Source of the DNA: Zootoca vivipara
Lineage: Eukaryota
Assembly: GCF_963506605.1 (NCBI RefSeq)
Contig: NC_083283.1
Span: 57,474,001-57,538,000 of the forward strand
Reading direction: 5' to 3'
Length of the DNA stretch: 64,000 nt
The position numbers and the translations under genes were made by a program. The notes beneath the pieces are model-generated. The model had not been told where the DNA came from and made no database searches. It saw only the letters and a program-made list of their open reading frames with translations. This document shows, in pieces, positions 22,096 through 32,620 of the stretch. The first letter of the stretch is position 1, and each line of letters opens with the position of its first letter.

Positions 22096-23189
22096 TCGTG
22101 CATCAGAATAATAGAGCTTTTGTTTTAAATGTTTACAAACTCAGAAGAAAGTCATGAACCAAGTGAGGAAGATCATGAGCTCCTATATCTATGCTGGGTT
22201 TCTTGTTGGCACACTGCTTCCCCATCACAGCCACACAAATCCTGGATCCCTGAATTGTTTTCTATGGGCACAGGCGTTTCATCAGGGAAGACGAGTAAAA
22301 AAATTAAAATGAAAGGTTGAAAACCAACCCAAAAGTCCAATCTTTTTGGACCAGTGGGCCCATTTTGAATTTGCGAAAGTCATGTGGGCGTCATTCACAA
22401 AACGGCTATGGGGGCCTTGGCATAACACCACATGGCTGCTGTGGGGTGCCTGGCATAACACAAAATCAGTGCACAATCATCACTCCACCACCACCCTGAC
22501 AACCTCACAATTGCAGTAGAAGAAAATGGAAGAGTGTTATAAACAAAGTTGAGTGAAGACAAGGATGATTATGGGTATTTAAAATTCTACAATTCACAAT
22601 TTCTCCTCTAAAGGACACAAGATATTATTGTTAAATACCATGGTGATTTTAAAAAATGCATAAAATTAACACTGAAAAACTTTTGCAAAAACTGAACTTT
22701 GTAAACCTTTTGTGGCCTGGGCTGGCGTGGAGCCCGTGTCTCGTTTCTCTCTAAGGAAACAATTTAAATGCTTTCATGGCATTTAACCATGGCTCAGCAT
22801 CCTCTGAGGTTAAACTCTGGGCCTCTTGGAAGCTTGAAGGTTCCCAAACCTTCTCAGAGTTACTAACAACAGCTGTACCTGCTATGACTTGTTTTAGCAA
22901 ATTCTTCAGCATACCTTTTTTGTGGTTTACCCTTTGTGGCCCTTTCAGATCTGCGTACTATAGCTTACACAAGTCTTCCATGCTAGGCTTCTCCTCTTTA
23001 GGAGAATGGTGGGCAGGACACTGGGAAGCGGGCAGGCTGGCGAGGCCCCCTAGATTTAGAGGCCCAAGTTGTCCTGCTCTCACATGAAGTATTGGGTTTG
23101 CAATTTTGGGAGAGGGGAGACTGCCTGCTGGGGAGAGGGCAGGCTGGCGAGGCCCCCTAGATTTAGAGGCCCTAGGCTTCAGCCTACTT

Positions 23190-23379
23190 AAAGGTAAAGG
23201 GACCCCTGACCTTTAGGTCCAGTCGCGGACGACTCTGGGGTTGCGGTGCTCATCTCGCTTTACTGGCCCAGGGAGCGGCATACAGCTTCCAGGTCATGTG
23301 GCCAGCAGGACTAAGCTGCTTCTCGTGAACCAGAGCAGTGCACGGAAACGCCATTTACCTTCCTGCCGGAGCAGTACCT
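23190..23379 (-). mobile_element. Sauria SINE, 3' half
   Basis: AAAGGTAAAGGGACCCCTGACC...GGTCATGTGGCCAGCA, matching the other copies. Confidence 0.85.
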
Positions 23380-25239
23380 AGACAAGTCTAGACGACTGCA
23401 TTTGGACCCAGGCTCTCAAGTGTCTCAGCCCAATTTTAAATGTTAAAAACCCTTTAAAAATTAAACATTTCTTACTAAGTAATAATAGGACCCAAGTTAG
23501 AAAAAGCAGGGTTTCTGTGACTAAGGGTGCTTCCAGATTGTTGCTATTTTAGGTGGCAAATTCAGGTTAAACAATGAAAGTGCATTTTGAGCACTTGTGC
23601 AACAGACCCATTTCCCTCAAAGAATGGACTTCTTGCAGCAAGGAAAGTGTCTGGGAAATGCACTGGAAAGTATGGGGTTACACTTGTTTTGATGTGACTG
23701 AAACCTCCCTGCAAACAAATCAGGACAGGACATACAATAAATAGGTCAGCTGAGATCTTTTCACAAATATTTATAAACCTCAGATATATTGCTTGTGTGA
23801 GTTCCACAACCATTTAGTTAAAATTTGTAGATTAGAAATAAGCAATATGATTACTTTCATGTAAGAAGTCTGAATTTCTGTTTATTTTCCCTTTACTTTG
23901 CCTCTGGCTGTGGATGTGTGCTGGCCAGGTGTTCCTAATAATGGAACCACTCCTTCTTTACCTGATGAAAAGGGTTTCCTATTGTGCACCATTATGATTC
24001 AATCAGTGTTCTTCATTTCCTCAGCTTGGAGGGATTTGTAAAGAATCCCTCATTACAGAACTGAAAGAATTTTCCTTCAATCATTTTAGATGAGAGGCTC
24101 ATTTGTGGGAACTGCCATATATAATTTATCCTAGATATCCAAAAGAAAGGTTTCAGGTTACATCGCTTTATTTCAACCTGCTGAGCACAAAGGTCCGGCA
24201 CATATAAAAACATGTTGTGACATCTGCATTCATTTAAACATTTTGCCAATCTCAATATTTCTTTTCTCTACTGCTACGTATCAGAATGGGTTCAGTTTAT
24301 CTGTTTCAAAACAAATTAATACTTCTGATGTTATGACCGTTTGCACTTCAATAGGCTCTTGAACAAACAGTGAGGTTTCCCACTGAGGTCAGCCAATTTG
24401 TTTTGCATGAGAAGGCAACATTAAAAAAATGCAGAGTTATGGAAAACAAAATGCCCTATTCTCTTTTTTTTTACCAGAACATAAGAACAGAATCACTTGC
24501 TTAGACGAGTAATAGATAGTAATGACACTTCCATAACCATACAGTGTTCCCCCATCCTGGGATTATAGCCAATATCTAGGACAAAGTTTCAGAATCGAAT
24601 ATAGGAAGTTCTGTTGAAATAAACTGTTTCCAGCCAGGCTTTATCATTTGAAAATTGATGTTATCCAGTGGACAGACTATTGCTTGATCCTAGGAGATAA
24701 GTCAGTGCTATTTTTCTAGAAGAAGAGGTGCTGGAACTCACAACGAACATCTCCATCCTTCTTTTAGAATGGCAATGGTGCTCACCTGAGAGGTGCTAGA
24801 ACTGAGTTCCAGCGAGTTCCGGCTGAAAAAAGCCCTGGTTCAAGTAGTACCATGACTGCCATGGACTATATGCCATGGACCGTGGGGTTTCTGGCAATAA
24901 GTGTTTTTTGGGTGATATGCAGGCCCCAACCACTTCCTGGTGCTGCTGCCGGGCAGACTGTCTGCAGCAAAAATTGGGGGGGGGGGACACAGCAGCCTCA
25001 CTAAGTGGCTCTCCAGGGTGGATGCCTGAACTTGGTGGCAACCGTTAACATAATGCCAACCCTGATGTACCTGTAAATAAAAATCAGCCCACAGTTCTGT
25101 TCAGCACCATGGGTGGGGCAGGCATGTAGCCCCTCTGAAACCAAATCAGGGGAACCAGGGGAACCAGGTCTACTGAGTGCTGAGGGGGGGCACCTTGCCA
25201 CAACCCTCCAGAACCTGTAGCTGAGTGTGATAATATGAA

Positions 25240-25448
25240 ACAAAAAAATAAAAAAATTCCTTCCAGCAGCACCTTAGAGACCAACTAAGTTTGTCATTGG
25301 TATGAGCTTTCGTGTGCATGCACACTTCTTCAGCCACGAAAGCTCATACCAATGACAAACTTAGTTGGTCTCTAAGGTGCTACTGGAAGGATTTTTTTTT
25401 TATTATTTTTTCCGACTACGTCAGACCAACACGGCTACCTACCTGTAA
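25240..25448. mobile_element. Penelope-like element remnant in inverted-repeat form
   Basis: 57-bp inverted arms at 25258-25314 and 25335-25391; terminal CAGACCAACACGGCTACC typical of reptile Penelope/Neptune ends; hammerhead core on the minus strand. Confidence 0.75.
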
Positions 25449-26931
25449 CTGTGCTAATCTGGAAAGTTGTCAGCTTTAGGTTGCAGGGCAAAGTGCCCAC
25501 CTGCCACAGGAGAGCATACCATCACAAGCAGAGCATGGTGTGCATTTAACCCTCAGCATCTTAGTACTCCAACCCTTTGTAAGATTTCTTACCCAGCCTT
25601 CACCATGTCCCAGGACAGGTTACAAGTATATAATAATATACAGTTGTAAAAACATAACCATTGTAATGATTAAAAAAACCTACAGTAGTAAAGCTGTTCC
25701 AGATGGAACAAAACAGTACACATTCAGCAAAAGAGGCAAGTCCCACAAAATATACCTTAATTGTCAAAGGCCAGGATGAATTGGTATGTCTTCAGCATGT
25801 GACAAAAGTTGTACAATGAAGATACTAGACACACCTCTGTGGGACATTCCAGTTTAGAGGCTGCCACAGAGAAAGCCCTCTCATGTTTATTGAACACACT
25901 GAGCAAAACAGTATACAATTTAAGCTTTCTTTTTGACAGGCCTTCTCAAGAGCAGGGAGACTAGATATCCAGAAGAAAACTCCCTTGCAGCTAGGCAGCC
26001 TATCAAAGCAAGTGATACTTTACTGAGCATCTTTACCTCTGTAAAGATCATGCCACCTACCCTCTTGGGTAGTTGATGAACACGAAGAATATAATTAACC
26101 CTTAAGTTACACACTGAATGATCTCTCCTGTTGCACTTCCAACATCTTATGCTGCTATTTTCCACATTTATGAGAGTGACAGAACTACCATCGTACAGCC
26201 CCTCTGCAGATCTTACAATGCATAGGGTTTTTAGGTATGGCCTAAATCAATTTTTATCAGTCGATGTCTAGCCTGAACTTTTTTAGGATGCGGCAGTTTA
26301 TAGACTTAAAACAGAAATACAAACGTTCTGTCTCTGTTTATGCACTCTGGTTCATGGCTCTCAAATCAATAGGCAATGTAAAGGGGAAATGTTTAGTTTG
26401 TTCCCAAACTTGAATAGGTTGTACTGTACAGTATGTAACAGAAACACAAGCTACTGGCAACCTTTAAATTTCCACTAGATGGCAATACAGTATAACACGG
26501 ACATTAAAGGCACAATCCTAGACTGCAGAACCATCAGCTAAGGAGCTACAGGAATTGGTTAAAGCCCCACTATGCTGGCAGAATGCCACATACCGCTGTC
26601 ATGATGGATATTCTGGTGCAATTGCCCAAATACTCTGGAAGAGCTCATTATCATGAATTCATTGGCTCCCTCTGTGTCTTTGTGTTATGTGGGCATTGTC
26701 ACCAGCATAGTCCCTGATTGGTGGGTTGTGGCAGTATGTCCAGAGACATTGAGGGTATGTATGTTATATTCCTGTCATTTTACATTTTCCAGCTGCTTTT
26801 ATCCCCTCCTGGGCTGAGTATGCATTAAATAATATTAGTTCCCTATATTTGTTTTAAATGTTTTTCTGATTTAATTTATGTTGCAATGATAATTATGTTG
26901 GAGTTTTGTTTTAACGTATTGTATATTATAG

Positions 26932-27267
26932 GTAAAGGGACCCCTGACCGTTAGGTCCAGTTGTAGACGACTCTGGGGTTGCGGTGCTCATATTGCATTA
27001 TTGGCCCAGGGAGCCGGCGTACAGCTTCCAGGTCATGTGGCCAGCATGACAAAGCTGCTTCTGGCGAACCAGAGCAGCACACGGAAACTCTGTTTACCTT
27101 GCCTCTGTAGAGGTACCTATTTATCTACTTGCAGCTTTCGAACTGCTAGGTTGGCAGAAGCTGGGAACGAGCAACGGGAGCTCACCCCATTGCAGGGATT
27201 CGAACCACCAACCTTCTGATCAGCAAACCCTAGGCTCTGTGGTTTAACCCACAGCGCCACCTGGGTC
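26932..27267 (-). mobile_element. Sauria SINE
   Basis: Full-length match to the other copies; TSD TATTATAG at 26924-26931 and 27268-27275. Confidence 0.9.
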
Positions 27268-27396
27268 TATTATAGATGGACTTTATTTAGTTTTATTATC
27301 CACACTGCTTAAAGAACATTTAGAATACTGTACAGATTGTTAATAGAATTTATGGCATAAATCCTTCATGGATGTCAAGGGTGAAGATGCTAAAGC

Positions 27397-27527
27397 AGGC
27401 ACCCCCAAACTCGGCCTTCCAGATGTTTTGGGACTACAATTCCCATCTTCCCTGACCACTGGTCCTGTTAGCTAGGGATGATGGGAGTTGTCCCAAAACA
27501 TCTGGAGAGCTGAGTTTGGTGTGCCTG
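27397..27527. mobile_element. Palindromic hAT MITE
   Basis: CAGGCACCCCCAAACT...AGTTTGGTGTGCCTG; same family as 19402. Confidence 0.75.
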
Positions 27528-27997
27528 AACCACATAATTACTGTATTTGGGATCAAAGGGGATGTGTTGGGGAAAGTGCTGTAGCTAGTGGCAAAAGGAC
27601 CGAAACTCAGTCCCTGGCATCTTCAGAGAGGTAAGGCTGGCAGAGACTCCTGCCTGAAACTCTGGAAAGCAGCTCCCAGTCAGTGCAGACAATACTGAAC
27701 AATATGGCCCAATGGTCCAACTCAGTAGAAAGCAGTTTCCTATGCTATACTGCCTAAGGCCACTTCAAAACTGTTGTTACCTGGTTCAGTTGCATATTGG
27801 CAAATTAAAATTGTGCCATTTAGGCGCAACAAACCCGCTTGGGGAGGAAAATCAGAAAGTGAGGGGAAAATGCGTGGAAAAGTATGAAAGAACTCAGAAT
27901 ACTAAAAACAAAAGTGAACTTCATCTGCAACCTCCCATCAAACTTCGTGGAAACGTGTTAGTGCGGGGAAAGTGCTCAATAAACAGGTCTACTGGAT

Positions 27998-28499
27998 CAC
28001 GGGCGTAGCCAGGATTTATTGCGGAGGCGGGGGGCAGAACTGAGCCGGCGATTGGTCAGTCAGTTAGTTAAAGGTAAAGGTAAAGGGACCCCTGACCATT
28101 AGGTCCAGTCGTGACCGACTCTGGGGTTGCGCGCTCATCTCGCATTATTGGCCGAGGGAGCCGGCATATAGCTTCCAGATCATGTGGCCAGCATGACAAA
28201 GCTGCTTCTGGTAAACCAGAGCAGCACATGGAAACGCCGTTTACCTTCCCGCTGTAGCGGTTCCTATTTATCTACTTGCATTTTGACGTGCTTTCGAACT
28301 GCTAGGTTGGCAGGAGCTGGGACCAAGCAACGGGAGCTCACCCCGTCACAGGGATTCAAACCGCCGACCTTCTGATCGGCAAGCCCTAGGCTCAGTGGTT
28401 TAACCCACAGAGCCACCTGGGTCCCCAGTCAGTTAGTTATTATTATTTATTTTGATGTGGGGATGGGAGTAGCTGCCCCCCCCCGCCTACGCGCCCATG
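27998..28499. mobile_element. Short GGGCGTA-TIR element (same TIR type as 21364) with a nested Sauria SINE
   Basis: CACGGGCGTAGCCAGG...GCCTACGCGCCCATG; degraded TSD. Confidence 0.55.
28071..28425 (-). mobile_element. Sauria SINE
   Basis: 14-bp TSD CAGTCAGTTAGTTA at 28057-28070 and 28426-28439. Confidence 0.9.
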
Positions 28500-30499
28500 T
28501 CCCGGAAGCAACCTAAGGGTGCCTCTGCGTTGGCTTTCGATGCGGGATCGGTGCCGCCAGCTACGCATGCAAGTTCTTATTTTGCTGCGTCCACACACTG
28601 TCGTCAGCATTAAAACGCCAGGTCCCAGTCCCTGTGACTCCTCCCAGTCCAATCGGGATTTACCCTTTCCGTGGAAAATCGGATGAGTTAAAAACACCCC
28701 GTTGGCAACACACTGGCCCCCGTCTGGAAGCGCTGTTACACAACAAAGCGCAAGCCCCGTGTCCTGTGTTGTTGTGATCATCATACACACATGACACAAT
28801 TTGCCCGCGTGCTTCGCCCCCGGGAGGTGGTGCGGTGACGTCTGAGACGGGCGGGGGAGCCGTTCACTTCGCTAGAGGGAGAAGGCGGGGCGAAGGAACT
28901 TGGATCCTGTCTCTGGGCAAAAACTACTTCTCGCATTAAGTTTAAAAAAAGGTGCGGATGCGCGCCCCACCTCACTCGAATCCATAGCGAAGCGCGAGCG
29001 CGCTTTAAAACAGGTTCTGCAACGGTGGGTTCTTAATGGGGGGACAGACCGAGACCGCGGAGAGGGAGAACGGAAAAGAACCGCGGAGATGGTGACGCCG
29101 GAGCAGCCCCTGGAGACTAGATGCGCGTTGTGCGTCATGGAAAGCGCAGCAGTTCTCTTGGATTGGGGGGGGCAGGTGAGGGGGCGAGTAGGCTACTCTA
29201 GCTTTTGGTGGTCTCTGGACTGTTAGTAGCTGCTTTTCATTTGCTGAAAAAGTGGCTCAGCTTAACATGCAGCCGCTTGCATGATGGCCGTCCAGGGAGA
29301 AAGCGCCCTGCCGTCTAAGTCCACTGATCAGGCACCCTTTGTGTATCTAAACAGCTGCGCTGCAGCTGCAGGCATCCAACAGGTGCAGCGATGTGTCGCC
29401 GTGCAGCTTATACAGAGGAAGAGCAAGTGAATGGGCTACGGTCCAATCATAACGGCAGAAATAAATTGTTCAGGCTTTAAAGTGCCGCAACACTCTTTGT
29501 TATTGTCAGGAAAAGGGAGGCGGAAAACAAGGGGTGGCATTCGAGCTACAATACAGGCTGGGGACAACGAACGGTCGGAAACCTTTTCAGTTGCATAGCA
29601 TCGTTTAAGATGCAGTCAGTCCCAAATCCACTTACATAAGAGTAAGACCTAGCGAATTCAGTGGGACTTCTTTGGAACGTAGCCTTCCGTTAGGTCAGGC
29701 GCCCGTTTTGTAATCTCCGATGGGTTTTTTTGTTAATTCGGAAGCCCGGCCACCATGCTAATGGGTGTAGGACCGGAGTCTGACAGGGCTTGGGGTTTGG
29801 CTGAAGAGCGGGATCTTGCTCTGCATTTCATCATCACAACTTAAGAGGCATACGATTGGAAGAAACACTCATGGTGAGCAAGCTGTGCGGCATAGACATG
29901 CTGCAACAGACAGATGATTTCAAAGCCTCCAAAAGCAAAACTGTAAGGAAGGGTACACTAATACCTCCGACTCCATACTGTGTTAAAATAAACAACTACT
30001 GTAGTCAGCAATCGGAGGAACGTAAAAGTTCCCCCAAACACCTTTTAATCTTGATCTTGCCTGTGCGGTGAGTTTGCTACTAAGAGACCATTTCTAGTTA
30101 ATGCACCGTGTGCGCTCTTTGTTACTCGGAAGAAAATCCAGTAAAATGAATCGGACTTCTATTTTCGAGTATCTGCTTGCGGGTGACACTGACACAGGCT
30201 AACAGCCCCCACGAGGCCATCAGCCCAACCCTCTGCCGAGCCAGGCTGACCCCTTGATTTTTACATCACGCAGTCCTGTGCACGTTTGTTTACTCGGGGA
30301 CGAGTCCCATTGTGCCCACTGCGACTTGAAACTTATGTCAAGTGGCTGGGACACGTTGGAACTCTGCAAAGGACCGGGGCATAGACACACTTCGCCCCCA
30401 CTGGAGACAGCGGGTAGCACTCAACACGCAGGCTGCATTGAGTACCAGATCCCCATCCCACCCCACTTGCCCTGTTCGCTTTTTCCCTCCGCTCCTCAC

Positions 30500-31200
30500 C
30501 CCTCTCCCGAAACGGAGATGGTACAGTCCACCCCAGGGCGCCTGCGCAGCGGGTCGCGGGGCGGAGCCTTCCCGTGTGTGTGAGTTAGGCGAGGAGGAGA
30601 CGCGGCGGTTGCCATTTTGAGGGCTTCTCCGCTCGGGCTGCTGCCGCTTCGCCGCCTTCTGCACCGCCCGGACCGAGAGACTCGCCCGCGCCATCCTTCG
30701 CCTCAGAGGGGACAGGAGCGGGGGCTTCTCTCGCTCTCTTGCCTCTTTTTCGCAGTAGGAGCCTGTAGCGCAGGGACTTTTCCCGGCCCGGCCTCGCTCC
30801 GTCGCCGCCTCTTCCTCCTCCTCTCGTCCTTCCTTCCTCCCTCCCGCCGCCTCCGCCTCCGCCGCCACCATTTGCCACCCCCCGGCGGCTCCGGGGCGCC
30901 GAGCTTAGGCTATGGGGACCAGGCTGCTGGGACTGAGCAGCGGCAGAGCGGGCGGCCCGGTCACCGTGAACAGCGCAGCGGGGATGGCGGAGCTGGGCGG
31001 CTTCTTGGTGGCCTTCTCTTGACATGGCTCCTGCCCGTGCTGCTAGCAGCGCCGCCGCCGCCTCCACTGCTCCACCCGCGCCCGCCGGCTGCGGGTAGCG
31101 AGCCAGGCCACGCTACAGTCTCCGGTCCGGTTGGGTGTCTCTTGCCGCCTGAGCCTCCCGCCGCGGGGGTTTCCAAGGAGAGGGAAACAGCTTAATTACT
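30500..31200 (+). promoter_or_regulatory. CpG island / promoter of C6orf62
   Basis: Dense CpG, GC box GGGGCGGAG at ~30558, YY1-type GCCATTTT at 30611-30618, about 2 kb upstream of the C6orf62 ATG. Confidence 0.75.
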
Positions 31201-32620
31201 TTTTTTTTACGAAGAGGGTGTGCTTTTTTTTGTTTTTAAAAAGCACAACAACTAAACAGCCAGTTAAAAAAGGGGGAAGGACGGGTTAATAATCCTTTTT
31301 TTCTTTAAAAATTTTTTTATTTGTTTCCGGGAAAACGCGTTTTTCCCCCCTTTCAAATTTATTCAAGTTCACTGCGACAAAAGCCTCTTTGCAAACACTC
31401 TTTTTTCCCAATTGAATTTTTTTTGGCGTGGTATTTCCCTTCCTCCCCCTTTTCCCCCGTCCCCCTTTTTTCTCCCCCCCCCCCCCTAGAACTCGAGTTG
31501 TTGGTTGTTGACCATGAATGCAAGAGTGAATTCCGGGCCGTAGACTTGAGTGGCCCCCGCTGCGCTGAGCACAGGCCCGCCTCTTCCTCTTGAGCAAGGA
31601 AGAGAACCACCCCCGCAAGGAGGCCAATCGCATCAGCCATGCCCAGCCCCAATTAAAGCGGCAGAGGGGAGGAGGATTTTTTTTTTTTGTCCTGCCCCGG
31701 GGCTTAGACTGAGGGAAGGAAGGCTAGTGGGGTGGGTTGTAGGCCTCTCCCTCCTAGGGGAGTGCTAGATCGAGAGATCGACTTGGGATTCAAAAGGCCA
31801 GATAACTTTCCAAATCTTCCCTCCACCTTTTTATCAATGGCCACCATGATCCCTCTTCTCTCCCACAGCTGCAGCCTCAGGGCGACTATGTGCCTGATGA
31901 TGAGCAGGATGAAGTTAGAAATGACACTGCTGTTTTCCAAACTCCTTGCTCCTCTGCAAACCAGCACTGTGTTGTCTGTGGTTGATTATTTTGTTGTTGG
32001 TAGGGAAACGTCTTACCTCCCAGGACATCCACTCCTGTTCTGCACTCCCTCCTTTGCTTTCTACCAAGTCGAATAATTCTTGAAAAAAGAAAAAGCCAGG
32101 CAGCATAGCAATAGCAGAGATCTTGAGAATAATCAGCAGTCATGAATCTGGGCGGGATAGAACACTGTCTTTAATTTCAGTTTTTTGTTTTTTTGGGGGG
32201 TGGCAGCATCGGGCAAGAAAACCCGCCCAAATGGATTGGGTCCATGCCCATTATTCTTTTTTATTCTACACACAAATTGTGATAATATTTCCCCCCCATT
32301 CTTGCCCACTTATTCCTGTGGCTTAAACTGTGTATATCAGTGTATTTTCTTCAAATTTCTTTGGGCTTTTGATAATACTGCGCAAACGTTTTGTCCAATG
32401 ATGGTTGGACTAATAGTTACTTTGTTTTATGACCCCTCTAATAAGACAGTCTTGTAAAACATTTGCCTAAGGTGCATTTTTGGGTTACGCCTGTGTTCTA
32501 TTGATTCAGTGGTATTAGCAGGAATAAAATGACTTGTTTCTGTTGTACTCGAGTCTTATGAAAAAGGGCCCATAGTTTAGTGAAGGTTTCAAAAGGCTTT
32601 AGTACCATCTGTATTACAAA

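Noticed and set aside
30338-31195. 160-190 aa ORFs on both strands over the CpG island
   Set aside because: Low-complexity GC-rich open frames with no recognisable domain; only the AUG-initiated sense uORFs were kept as leads.
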